In this document: piece by piece, positions 37,968 to 47,785 of the stretch | How positions within the stretch are numbered: the stretch's first letter is position 1 | Layout of the letters: every line of letters begins with the position of its first letter | Origin: Desulfobacterales bacterium | Lineage (GTDB): Bacteria; Desulfobacterota; Desulfobacteria; Desulfobacterales; G020354645 | NCBI GenBank assembly: GCA_050053515.1 | Contig: JASFTQ010000002.1 | Span: forward strand, 1 to 51,141 | Direction of reading: 5' to 3' | DNA length: 51,141 nt | Notes under the pieces: generated by a model | Told to the model about the DNA's origin: nothing | What the model saw: the letters and a program-made list of their open reading frames with translations, nothing else | Databases searched by the model: none | Program-made: the position numbers and the translations under genes

Positions 37968-38714
37968 TTAGATTACAAATGCTCCACCATTGACATCCAG
38001 GGTCACACCGGTCACGTAAGGCGTTTCCAAAAGGTATTCAAAAGCGTTGACGACATCAGCCACCAGCCCGAGCCGGGGAACGAAAACCTTTTTTTTAAGC
38101 TCTGCTTTTTTTTCGGCAGTCCAGGATGCAAAGATACTGGCGTCTTCGATAAAGGCCGGAGCGATGGCGTTCACCGTGATTCCAAAAGGACCCAGTTCAC
38201 GGGCTGCGTATCGTGTCAAACCCAGCATGCCGGATTTAGATGCCGCATAGTGGGGTCCGACGACACCGCCGCCGCGGGCGGCGATGGAGCTTATGTTGAT
38301 AATTCGTCCGAATCCGGTTTTTTTCATTCCCGGGACGACCAGTGAAGACCAGTAAAACGCACCGCTCAAATTGACCCGCACCGTCTGGTTCCACTCCTCA
38401 ATCGTCACATCTTCTAAACTTCGCGGCATTACCATGGCGGCGTTGTTGACCAACACCGTAATTTCACCGAGCCGGGCAACGATTGTTCGGTGGTGGGTTT
38501 CCGTTGCAGTGAAATCTCCGACATCTCCCTTGAGCAGCAAAATTTTCTGGTCGTTGTGCGCTTGGACTTGCAGGCGTTTTTTAGCGTTTTCGGCGGCAGT
38601 GTCATCCTGATGGTAGGTGACGGCCAGGGATGCGTTGTGTTTCAACAGGGCCTCGGCGATTCCCAACCCGATGCCCTTGGTTCCTCCGGTTACAACGGCA
38701 ATCAGCCGGTTCAT
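37968..38714 (-). CDS. Short-chain dehydrogenase (FabG-like)
   Basis: TGGTKGIG, NNAA, YAASK, NAIAP; start moved to MNRLIAVV behind GAGGAAAG. Confidence 0.88.
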   Translation of the reverse strand: MNRLIAVVTGGTKGIGLGIAEALLKHNASLAVTYHQDDTAAENAKKRLQVQAHNDQKILLLKGDVGDFTATETHHRTIVARLGEITVLVNNAAMVMPRSLEDVTIEEWNQTVRVNLSGAFYWSSLVVPGMKKTGFGRIINISSIAARGGGVVGPHYAASKSGMLGLTRYAARELGPFGITVNAIAPAFIEDASIFASWTAEKKAELKKKVFVPRLGLVADVVNAFEYLLETPYVTGVTLDVNGGAFVI

Positions 38715-38906
38715 GGCTTTCCTCGCGTTAGCAGCTAGAGATAATGAGTAACAATGAAAAGCTGGTTTTATCCCAAAAGAAGCAGAAGTAATGGATAGCT
38801 GGAGCATTGACGTGTTGAAATCACGATCTATTAAAGCAGGAAAAATTACTTCAACACCGCAAGACTCAAAGATTGCAGTTTTGGATGATAGTCCCGGATA
38901 ATACAA

Positions 38907-38937
38907 AACCCCGTCTTTCATTGAAATAAACGGGGTT
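38907..38937 (-). terminator. Intrinsic terminator downstream of the TPR gene
   Basis: AACCCCGT...ACGGGGTT stem followed by TTGTATT on the minus strand. Confidence 0.55.
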
Positions 38938-39053
38938 CTCATGATTCAGTCCATGGCGGCCTCGCTGGGATTGTTGGAAACGAGTTTTTTTTAGGATGTG
39001 GTCATTGGGTTTATTTCAAAATTACCCGGCTTAGTCAAGGCCTTAAAGTTGGG

Positions 39054-40292
39054 TTATTCTTTTTCGCTCAATTTATCGGCAAACAGTTGGAATCGCCGGG
39101 CTTCCGCTTTGTTCCCGAGGGCGGCATAAATTTGGCTGATTTTTCGATAATACTCGCCGGCACGGGCAACATCTTCCTGGACTAACGAAAAATAAAGCTC
39201 CAAGGTTTTTGTTGAATACTGACCGGCTGCCAGTGAGAGATCGGCATATTTTCGTTTGGTCATCGGATCCGTTCGGGAGCCGCAGCTTTGGCATTGGCTC
39301 AGGATTTCACCGTATACCCGCTGAGCATTTTTTATTTCACCAAGTGCCTCAAATGTTTGAGCCAGTGCCCTTGCGATCTGTTCATGCCAGCCGTAGGCTT
39401 TTATAAAATCAATATACAGTGTTTTGGCTTCAAGATATTTTTGGGCCCGAAAGAGAGTTTCGCCGCGTAGCAAATAAACAGCTACTGATTCTCTCAGTTC
39501 ATCCGGAATTGAGGAAAGCAGATGCATGGCATCTTCAAAAGCGTCCATCTCCCAGAAGATTTCGCACAAAAGTTGATAGCCCGGTAAAACATCCGGGTGG
39601 TTAATCACAAATGCATTCAGCAACCTCCGGGCCTCCTCGTATTTTTCCAGGTTCAAATACGCCGTCGCCAATTCAAGCGGGATGAAACTACCCGGGGACG
39701 GATTTTCCTGCCACGCCAGGGATAACTGCTGTTGTGCCAGTTCAAATTCGCCCTGATTCAAGGCCATAAAACCCCTTTTAAAAGACGCGCCGTATCCCAG
39801 ATAGGCTTTTCTGATGTTTTCCGGCAGCGTGCTGCACAGTACTGTAAAATATTCATCCCCTTGTTCCCCGGTTGCGGTTTGAATGATTTGCTCTCCGGGG
39901 GGAATGGGATCAGGAAGTTCTGCTAGCCCCTCCTCAGCGGCATTAGATTCAATCGTCTCAAGGCATTGTCCAACCGCCGCTGATAATTCCGGATTTTCCG
40001 TTAGTTCCAAGGCCAGATCATAGAGTTCCCGGGCATCGTCAAGATAGCCTGCCGCCATCATGTCATCCGCGCTTTTTTTATGCTCTCGTGCCAGAAGTTC
40101 CTTACTTTGGCGTATTTTTGTCTCCAGGCGGTTTTTCAATTCGGCATCACTCGGTGATTTTTTTTCCAGTTTGTCCAGGGCCGTTTCATATTCCACTTTG
40201 GCCTTGCCCCAGGTCTTGCTGTGAAAATACAGATCGCCTTTTTCTTCGTAGGACCGGGGGTCTTTTCCGGAAAATACTTTTAGTATTTTCAT
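39054..40292 (-). CDS. Tetratricopeptide repeat protein
   Basis: Repeated helical TPR-like units (ARELYDLALEL, ELATAYLNLEKYEEA, LARTFE-like), CQSC motif. Confidence 0.85.
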   Translation of the reverse strand: MKILKVFSGKDPRSYEEKGDLYFHSKTWGKAKVEYETALDKLEKKSPSDAELKNRLETKIRQSKELLAREHKKSADDMMAAGYLDDARELYDLALELTENPELSAAVGQCLETIESNAAEEGLAELPDPIPPGEQIIQTATGEQGDEYFTVLCSTLPENIRKAYLGYGASFKRGFMALNQGEFELAQQQLSLAWQENPSPGSFIPLELATAYLNLEKYEEARRLLNAFVINHPDVLPGYQLLCEIFWEMDAFEDAMHLLSSIPDELRESVAVYLLRGETLFRAQKYLEAKTLYIDFIKAYGWHEQIARALAQTFEALGEIKNAQRVYGEILSQCQSCGSRTDPMTKRKYADLSLAAGQYSTKTLELYFSLVQEDVARAGEYYRKISQIYAALGNKAEARRFQLFADKLSEKE

Positions 40293-40744
40293 AACTTATT
40301 TTCCCAAGTGAAGCTGATCGGATCCGGTAGCTGAGCCAATTGTCTTACCGACACCCGCAAAGGCCGATCATAGGGATACCAGACGTTGCGGTAAAACGTA
40401 ATCATACACGTATATGATAAGTTGTCTTTTGTCATGCTAAAATTTCGATACGATTGCGTAGCAACATTAGCCCATAACTAGTTTGCCAATACGCTTTTGT
40501 GACCGACCATGTAACTACTTTCGAGTGTCTCAGAACAATTACCATCTGATACTTGCATTCCGGTTTTACATAAGCCATATTTAATTGATTTTTGATAAGA
40601 TCCGACTATCTTTTTATCAGTAGAAAGGAGCTCAAACTATTATTTGCATCGCCCTAGCTCCTTCAAGCTTCTCTAAAATACGGGGGGGTAGCTTCAATTT
40701 AACTGGAGAAGGTCGATGTTAACACAGTGAGTCGGAGGCAATCC

Positions 40745-42187
40745 ATGCATGCTTCAAAACCCAATATTCTTTTCATTATAAGCGACCAGCAACGATATGA
40801 CACCATTTCAGCTCAGGGATTTTCCTATGTTGACACCCCCAATCTGGACCGACTGGTTCGGGAAGGCGTTTGCTTTACCAATAATTTTGTCACCGCCGCT
40901 TCTTGCGGGCCTTCCCGCGCAAGTCTGTTTACCGGGTATTATCCACACACAACCGGTATATATAGAAATGCTGAAGTGTGGCAACACTCCTGGATTGAAA
41001 ATCTAGCAGACGCCGGCTATTATTGCGTAAACATCGGCAAGATGCACACTTCTCCCTATGAGACACCGCTTGGATTTCACGAACGGTTTGTGGTCGAAAA
41101 TAAAGATCGGTTTTTAGAAGGTCGCTATTTTTTCGACCGTTGGGATCTCGCCCTTCAAGCAAACGGATATGTCAAACCGCAACGGGAACTTTACCGAAAA
41201 AGACCGGACTACAAGGAACGTTTAGGGGCATTTGAGTGGGAGTTGCCTGAAAAGCTCCATTCTGATTTTTATGTGGGGGATTTGGTCACCTGGTGGATTC
41301 GTACAAAACCAAAAACCGAGCCGTTATTTCTCCAGGTCGGTTTTCCAGGTCCGCATCCACCGTATGATCCCGTCCCGAGATACTTGGAGCCATACATGAA
41401 GCGGGATTTACCGCTTCCCGAGGTTTCCCAAGAAGAACTGGATGCATTGCCGCCACCTCAAAAGGCCTGTAACATACACAATACGCAAGTTGATCACGAT
41501 TCCATCGTCTGGACGCTCAATCCCACCCAAGGACAGCTCCACCGGGTGCGGGCACACTATCTGGCGAGCGTGACCATGATTGATGATAAGGTTGGCCAAA
41601 TCTTAGCCACCCTGGAAGCGGAAGGGTATTTGAAGAATACGGTGGTGATTTATACTTCGGATCATGGGGATTGTTTAGGAGATCATGGCCGCATTCAAAA
41701 ATGGAACATGTACGATGTTGTTACGCGGACCCCTCTGATCGTTTGGGGGCCGAAGTACTTCAAAGGCGGTCGATTCATAGATGATCTGGTTCAACAGTTT
41801 GATATTGCGCCGGTGATTCATGAAATGGCTGGGGCCAAAATTCCTGGATGTTGGGAGGCCGAATCTTTGATGCCACTGTTGAGAAATGAAGCGGAAGGCC
41901 CTCATCGCGAGTATGTTTTTGCGGAACAACGATCAGATGCTCTTAATTCGGGCCTTACCGATACGGAATTTTTGACCATGGTCAGAAGCAAGGACTGGAA
42001 ACTGGTCCATTATCTGGGCAATGATTGCGGGGAACTGTATGACCTCAAAAAAGATCCAACCGAACAAAAGAACTTGTGGACGAAACCCGATTATTCCAAA
42101 AAAAAAGCCGAATTACTTGGCGTCCTTATGAACTGGCGGATGCGCAGTGGTAATCGCACGGCTGACTGGACAAAACCTCTGCGGTAA
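40745..42187 (+). CDS. Cys-type formylglycine-dependent sulfatase, no signal peptide
   Basis: PNILFIISDQQR, CGPSRASLFTG (CxPxR), GKMH, PHPPY, SDHG, ELYDLKKDP. Confidence 0.93.
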   Translation: MHASKPNILFIISDQQRYDTISAQGFSYVDTPNLDRLVREGVCFTNNFVTAASCGPSRASLFTGYYPHTTGIYRNAEVWQHSWIENLADAGYYCVNIGKMHTSPYETPLGFHERFVVENKDRFLEGRYFFDRWDLALQANGYVKPQRELYRKRPDYKERLGAFEWELPEKLHSDFYVGDLVTWWIRTKPKTEPLFLQVGFPGPHPPYDPVPRYLEPYMKRDLPLPEVSQEELDALPPPQKACNIHNTQVDHDSIVWTLNPTQGQLHRVRAHYLASVTMIDDKVGQILATLEAEGYLKNTVVIYTSDHGDCLGDHGRIQKWNMYDVVTRTPLIVWGPKYFKGGRFIDDLVQQFDIAPVIHEMAGAKIPGCWEAESLMPLLRNEAEGPHREYVFAEQRSDALNSGLTDTEFLTMVRSKDWKLVHYLGNDCGELYDLKKDPTEQKNLWTKPDYSKKKAELLGVLMNWRMRSGNRTADWTKPLR

Positions 42188-42222
42188 AGAACTCAGATAC
42201 TTTCTATCGAAATGAAAATGTA

Positions 42223-43524
42223 ATGTTGCGTATTAGGCAGCAAATTCCCAACCCCTTTTCCCTTCTGGTCAAGCCTACTTCGTCAGACTGCAATTTGAGC
42301 TGCGAATACTGCTTCTATCTTGAAAAGCACAAGCTTTATCCGGAAACAATACTACATCGTATGAAATATGAGGTGCTTGAGCAGATGATCTCGAGTTATA
42401 TGGACACCTCTCAGCCGGTCTATTATTTCGCTTGGCAGGGAGGAGAACCAACGCTCATGGGTCCAGAGTTTTTTCAAAAAGTTGTAGAATTCCAGACAAA
42501 ATATGGTCGGCGCGGCGCAATTGTATCAAACGGACTCCAGACCAATGCTACCCGTATTACCGATTCTCTTGCGGTACTATTGTCAAAATACAAATTCTTA
42601 GTTGGCGTCAGTATTGACGGGCCGGAAGAAATGCACAACCGATATCGTACCAACAACAAAGGTCGTGGATCGCATGGAGATGTTCTTCGTGGAATTGAGA
42701 TCCTTAAAAGACATGGCGTTGAATTTAACGCCCTGACACTGGTAAGCGCTTCCAATGTGGAACATGCCAAAACGGTATACCACTATCTGTGCAACTTGGG
42801 GATATACCACCACCAGTACATTCCCTGCGTTGAATTCAACAGCACCGGTAAAGCCCGCTCATTTACCATATCCGGCAAGCAATGGGGAAATTTTTTATGC
42901 GGAATTTTCGACGAATGGATTTCGAATGATACTCCCACCGTTTCCGTCCGGCTCTTTGATTCCATAGTGGGTCACATGATGGATTGGCGCTACCGCATGT
43001 GTCTTCAGGGCGGTAGTTGTAACCAATATTTCGTGGTGGAATACAATGGAGATATATATCCCTGTGACTTTTTCGTAGAATCCCAAAACAAGGTGGGAAA
43101 TATCCTGAGCCAAACATGGCAAGAGCTTGTCTCTTCAAACAAGTACAGCTATTTTGGCAAACAAAAAGCCGACTGGAACCACCGCTGTAAGAATTGCGAT
43201 TTTCTGCGGTTTTGTTCCGGTGATTGTCTTAAACATCGACGTTACAAAGACAAAAATTCACAAACCCTGAGCTGGCTGTGTGAAGGCTGGAAAAGGTTTT
43301 ATCGCCATGCACTTCCTTCACTCGAAAAAATTGCGTTGTCTTTGCTCAATGAGCGCCGGCTTGCATTTCCGCATCCCGAAAGCAGTCGCTTACATAGACT
43401 TCCCCGCTTAGATATTCGCAGGAATGATCCCTGCTTTTGCGGGAGCGGCAAAAAGTTAAAATACTGCCATGGGGGAGGAAAAGTAAAAACGGCCGGACGT
43501 AAGAGACGGGCTAAACGTGAGTGA
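42223..43524 (+). CDS. Anaerobic sulfatase-maturating radical SAM/SPASM enzyme with C-terminal SEC-C motif
   Basis: KPTSSDCNLSCEYCFY, WQGGEPTL, QTNAT, SIDGP, YPCDF, CKNC..CSGDC, RNDPCFCGSGKKLKYCHG. Confidence 0.93.
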   Translation: MLRIRQQIPNPFSLLVKPTSSDCNLSCEYCFYLEKHKLYPETILHRMKYEVLEQMISSYMDTSQPVYYFAWQGGEPTLMGPEFFQKVVEFQTKYGRRGAIVSNGLQTNATRITDSLAVLLSKYKFLVGVSIDGPEEMHNRYRTNNKGRGSHGDVLRGIEILKRHGVEFNALTLVSASNVEHAKTVYHYLCNLGIYHHQYIPCVEFNSTGKARSFTISGKQWGNFLCGIFDEWISNDTPTVSVRLFDSIVGHMMDWRYRMCLQGGSCNQYFVVEYNGDIYPCDFFVESQNKVGNILSQTWQELVSSNKYSYFGKQKADWNHRCKNCDFLRFCSGDCLKHRRYKDKNSQTLSWLCEGWKRFYRHALPSLEKIALSLLNERRLAFPHPESSRLHRLPRLDIRRNDPCFCGSGKKLKYCHGGGKVKTAGRKRRAKRE

Positions 43525-43526
43525 AT

Positions 43527-44258
43527 TTAATGCGCTATTCGTTCCGATGCCCCTGCGAAATCTTCCCAGTTATCCGTTACAGCGGAAAGTACGGTTTGTA
43601 AATGCTCTTCCATGGCGGCGGCCGCTCGACCGGGGCTGCGATCGCAGACTGCTTCAAAGATGATTTCATGTTGCCGGGCGCATTCCTCAACCTTGGCCGG
43701 CAGTGAAAGGGAGAAATGCCTGAGGCTTTGCATGTATTCCAGCAGTGTTTTTATTAAATCCACAACAATTGGATTTTTCGATATTTCGGCCAGCAGGATA
43801 TGAAACCGGCTGTCAATTTCTCTAAAGCAGGTCGTGTTATCTTCGGATAAACATCTTCTAGTTTCTTTCATCAGCTTTCTTAATTTATCCTCTCCGTCTT
43901 GGTCGCATTGTTCGGCAGCCCATCTGGCTACAGCAGTTTCCAGAACTTGCCTTACCTGGAATAGATTTATGGCTGAGTTTCGATTGAATATCAGACGCAT
44001 TGATAACTGCGACGCCAATGTTTTGGAATCGACCGAAGACATGTAAATTCCCGATCGATGCTTAACTTCTAAAATACCAAGCCCGGCCAATGTGTTGACA
44101 GCATCCCTGACGATTGTCCGGCTAATGCCGAATCGTTTGGCCATCTGTCTTTCGGGCGGCAACCGGTCACCCGGATTGAGCTTATGATATTCCATATACT
44201 TTTTAATGCCTTCTACTGTCTTTTGTCTCAGGGTCTGTTCGTTAGTTCGAGGATCCAT
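43527..44258 (-). CDS. FadR-subfamily GntR regulator
   Basis: PGDRLPPERQMAKRFGISRTIVRDA, VRQVLE, DSRFH, QHEIIFEA. Confidence 0.93.
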   Translation of the reverse strand: MDPRTNEQTLRQKTVEGIKKYMEYHKLNPGDRLPPERQMAKRFGISRTIVRDAVNTLAGLGILEVKHRSGIYMSSVDSKTLASQLSMRLIFNRNSAINLFQVRQVLETAVARWAAEQCDQDGEDKLRKLMKETRRCLSEDNTTCFREIDSRFHILLAEISKNPIVVDLIKTLLEYMQSLRHFSLSLPAKVEECARQHEIIFEAVCDRSPGRAAAAMEEHLQTVLSAVTDNWEDFAGASERIAH

Positions 44259-44322
44259 TTTTTATCTCCAATGCACAAGATTCGAAGTGGGCACGGTACT
44301 CGTAGCCCATGCGGCCTGTAGT

Positions 44323-44335
44323 TTGGTATTACCAA
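44323..44335. promoter_or_regulatory. FadR-type operator (autoregulatory candidate)
   Basis: Palindrome TTGGTATTACCAA (TGGT-N3-ACCA), 65 nt upstream of the regulator start. Confidence 0.6.
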
Positions 44336-44585
44336 TTTTGTCTATCAAATACCTTCCTGTAATGCAATATCGAAATGTCATCGTTGTTAATCAGCGTCGG
44401 AATGGTATATATAATACACACTGCTGATACCTCTTGGTCCCTAATATATCCGACCGTCGAGCCGCACCAATCCTATGCTTTTCTGACATAAATTGATTAA
44501 TTATAATACAAGCTGAGCCGTTTAGCAATTATAAAATATAAACGCAACCGAAATAAACAAGCGTGTAACCACAAATACAAAAATC

Positions 44586-44646
44586 TTGACAGAGGCTTTA
44601 CGTTATTTTAAACATAACATCTGGTATGATCATTCTGATAATACCA
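44586..44646 (+). promoter_or_regulatory. Promoter of the tct operon with two FadR-type boxes
   Basis: TTGACA 44586-44591; TGGTATGATCA (44622-44632) and TGATAATACCA (44636-44646). Confidence 0.55.
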
Positions 44647-44684
44647 AAATTTGATTTTTAACCTAAAATATTGGGAGGTGTTAA

Positions 44685-45671
44685 ATGAAAGCACCACGAT
44701 CATCTTTTACTAAGTTTAGAGTTTTCGCTATGGTAACAATTAGCTGTGTTCTTTTGGTCGCCCCCCTCTTAGCCGGAGCGGCTGATTACCCTAAAAAACC
44801 GGTGAGTATTGTCGTCACCTATGGTGCCGGTGGCGGCACCGATGTTATTTTCCGGGCGGCGTCTTCGGTGATTCATCAGTATTGGGACCAACCGTTGATT
44901 GTCATCAACAAGCCCGGTGCGGGGGGAACGGTCGGAACCAGTTTTGCAGCCAAGGCCAAACCGGATGGCTATACCATCTTGGCGGCATTGCAGGGGCCTC
45001 TCATCATCAACCCATTGCAGATTAAAGTAGACTACAGCATCGACAATTTCGAACCCCTTGTTCAACTCGTGAGTGCCCCTCAAATTATGGTGGCCAACGT
45101 TAAGACACCCTGGCAAAATGCAAAGGAAATGATTGGTTACGCAAAAGCCAATCCAGGAAAAGTTAAACTGGGAACCACCGGTTTTGGCAATCTGCCCCAT
45201 TTAATGACCTTAAGATTACAAGAGTTAACAGGGGCAAAATTTACGATTATCCCGTTTAAAGGCAATGCACCTGCCAGAAAGGAAGTTTTAGCGGGACACA
45301 TCGACGGGCTTATTTCTGTCATTCAGGATGCTTCTTATGTCAAAGCCGGGAGCCTGAAAGGCCTGGCAGTTTTGGCAAACGAGCGATTTCAGGGGCTGGA
45401 TGTTCCCACCTTTGCCGAGCAAGGCTATCCTGATATGGTGGCGGATGTCTGGTGGGGTGTTGCTGCGTTGAAAGGCACCCCTGAGCCGATCAAAGCCAGA
45501 ATTGTTGAGACCTTTGAAAAGGTCGCCAATGACAAATCTTTTAAGAGCATGATGGCAAAAATGGAGATGCCCATCGTTTATCTTGGTCCCAAAGAGTTTA
45601 AAGACAAGTGTGACAAACTCCAGGCCTTTTTCCCCGGATTTGTAGAATCCATGGGCTTGCTGAAAAAGTAA
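44685..45671 (+). CDS. tctC: Tripartite tricarboxylate transporter substrate-binding protein
   Basis: Signal peptide, YPKKPV..YGAGGGTD, NKPGAGG, KPDGYT, VPTFAEQG. Confidence 0.92.
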   Translation: MKAPRSSFTKFRVFAMVTISCVLLVAPLLAGAADYPKKPVSIVVTYGAGGGTDVIFRAASSVIHQYWDQPLIVINKPGAGGTVGTSFAAKAKPDGYTILAALQGPLIINPLQIKVDYSIDNFEPLVQLVSAPQIMVANVKTPWQNAKEMIGYAKANPGKVKLGTTGFGNLPHLMTLRLQELTGAKFTIIPFKGNAPARKEVLAGHIDGLISVIQDASYVKAGSLKGLAVLANERFQGLDVPTFAEQGYPDMVADVWWGVAALKGTPEPIKARIVETFEKVANDKSFKSMMAKMEMPIVYLGPKEFKDKCDKLQAFFPGFVESMGLLKK

Positions 45672-45685
45672 TTCGGGTTAGCGAG

Positions 45686-46165
45686 ATGAGGCGACTTACT
45701 TCCGATGCAATCATTGGTGGTGTGTTACTTGTTTTTTGTGTAACCGTTTACCTGATGATCCCTACCCAGGTCCCGGCACTGAGGCGATATGATGCATCAA
45801 TGGGATTGTCCCCCGCGGTTTTTCCCAAATTGGCTGTATTTTTCATTGCCGGATTCAGCCTTATTCTCGTTCTTTTTGGCCAGAGATTTAGCAACGGAGA
45901 ATCGGAAGACCATCGCGCTTTAAGATGGGAGGCGGGGGTCAGGAGAATCATAACCTTTGGCATACTGATTGCCTATGTCTTTTTAATCGACATATTCGGC
46001 TATTTAATAATTACGCCACTGACACTTGCCTTTTTAATGTGGTATTTTGGAGAAAAACGCTGGCTCTTGATCCTCACGCTCGCCATATTGATCACCGTCG
46101 GCCTCTTCGCCTTTTTCCGTTACTTTATGTACATCATCTTGCCGGAAGGGATCTTTTTTTCCTGA
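45686..46165 (+). CDS. tctB: TTT small membrane subunit
   Basis: 4 TM, SPAVFP, C-terminal LPEG. Confidence 0.88.
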   Translation: MRRLTSDAIIGGVLLVFCVTVYLMIPTQVPALRRYDASMGLSPAVFPKLAVFFIAGFSLILVLFGQRFSNGESEDHRALRWEAGVRRIITFGILIAYVFLIDIFGYLIITPLTLAFLMWYFGEKRWLLILTLAILITVGLFAFFRYFMYIILPEGIFFS

Positions 46166-46178
46166 AGAAAGGATTAAT

Positions 46179-47678
46179 GTGCTAGAGAATTTACAATTGG
46201 GACTGCTGACCTTTTTTCATTGGTCCAATATATTTGCGGTCTTTACCGGTGTCACAATAGGGATTTTTATCGGTGCGGTCCCCGGGCTTACGGCAACCAT
46301 GTCCGTAGCGCTGCTTGTTCCCTTAACATTTAAGATGAACCCTGTGGCCGGGTTGGCAATGTTGATTGGTGTATATAAAGGGGGGATCTACGGGGGGTCG
46401 GTCACAGCTATTCTGATCAATACCCCCGGTACACCGGCAGCGGCTGCAACGGCCCTGGATGGTTACCCGTTGGCCAAGCGGGGCAAAGCTCTGAAAGCCC
46501 TAAAAATGGCGATCTATGCTTCGGTCATTGCCGATCTCTTCAGTGATATTGTGTTGATACTGGTGGCGGCTCCCCTGGCGATTATCGCCTTGAAGCTGGG
46601 TCCCCCCGAGCTTACCACACTGTTGTTGCTGGCCTTGACGATTGTAGGGATGGTATCCGGCAAATCTCTCCTCAAAGGTCTACTGGTTGCTTCTCTGGGG
46701 TTGTTGTTCTCAACTGTTGGAATGGATCATATGACTGGAACGCTTCGCTTTGCTTTCGGTTCTCTTGAAATGGCCAAAGGCTTTCCGCTCATTCCCGTAT
46801 TGATTGGTCTTTTTGCCATTCCTGAGATTCTTGTCCAGGTTGAAAAAAAACTTGCGGGGACCGAAAACGTGGCTTTGAAGAAATCTCCGCGGGCCGAAGA
46901 TAATCGTGTAAGTCTCCAGGAATTGAGAAATTGCAGCAAAACCATTTTCAGATCGGCAATCGTGGGGACTTTTATCGGGGCCATTCCGGGTATCGGTTCC
47001 GTCATTTCTGCCTTCATAAGCTACGGGATGGCAAAAAGGGGGGCCAAGCATCCTGATGAATTTGGCAACGGATCGCTGGAGGGGGTTGCGGCCGCAGAGG
47101 CCGGCAACAATGCAGTGTGCGGCGCCACATTGATTCCTCTGTTAACGTTGGGTATTCCGGGAGATTCAATCACCGCCGTGATGTTAGGTGCTTTTCTCAT
47201 CCAAGGGCTGGTACCAGGCCCCGAGCTTATCGGGCAGCATTCGGCGGTGATTTATGGCTTATTTTTTGCTCTGATAGTCGGCAATGTGTCAAATTTTGCA
47301 ATCGCCCATGTTGGCATTCGTTTTTTTGCCCGGGTTGCAAGCGCCTCAAAAACGATTGTTTTTCCTACGGTCGCAGTCCTGTGCATGGTGGGTTCATATG
47401 CCGTTCAAAATAGTCTCTTTGATGTCAGGAGCATGTTGTTTTTTGGTATCCTAGGCTATTTTATGAGAAAATTCCGTTACCCGATCCCGCCCTTTCTAAT
47501 TGCTTTCATTTTAGGACCTATGGTGGAAGATCGTCTCAGACAGTCACTCATTATATCCGGTGGGAGTCCGGCCATTTTCTTTACCAATTACATTTCATTG
47601 ATCTTTGTATCGATTACCGTATTCACAATCTTCATCATGATTTGGAAAAATGTGAAGGTAAAATCAACGACAATTTGA
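46179..47678 (+). CDS. tctA: TTT large membrane subunit
   Basis: GAVPGLTA, INTPGTPAAAATALDGYP, AAEAGNNA, LGIPGD. Confidence 0.93.
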   Translation: MLENLQLGLLTFFHWSNIFAVFTGVTIGIFIGAVPGLTATMSVALLVPLTFKMNPVAGLAMLIGVYKGGIYGGSVTAILINTPGTPAAAATALDGYPLAKRGKALKALKMAIYASVIADLFSDIVLILVAAPLAIIALKLGPPELTTLLLLALTIVGMVSGKSLLKGLLVASLGLLFSTVGMDHMTGTLRFAFGSLEMAKGFPLIPVLIGLFAIPEILVQVEKKLAGTENVALKKSPRAEDNRVSLQELRNCSKTIFRSAIVGTFIGAIPGIGSVISAFISYGMAKRGAKHPDEFGNGSLEGVAAAEAGNNAVCGATLIPLLTLGIPGDSITAVMLGAFLIQGLVPGPELIGQHSAVIYGLFFALIVGNVSNFAIAHVGIRFFARVASASKTIVFPTVAVLCMVGSYAVQNSLFDVRSMLFFGILGYFMRKFRYPIPPFLIAFILGPMVEDRLRQSLIISGGSPAIFFTNYISLIFVSITVFTIFIMIWKNVKVKSTTI

Positions 47679-47785
47679 AAAAAAGAGACGCCTCATGTGG
47701 CGCCACAAGGGTTAAAGAGAGATCTTATAAACCTTACGGATTTCAGATAATAGCCTTATTGATATTTTGGAAGGAGAGAAATAAA

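Noticed and set aside
38715-38942. N-terminal extension of the SDR given by the ORF track (likewise those at 10334, 19932, 24204 and 47642)
   Set aside because: Family homology and a good RBS begin at downstream starts; the SDR extension also crosses a terminator hairpin
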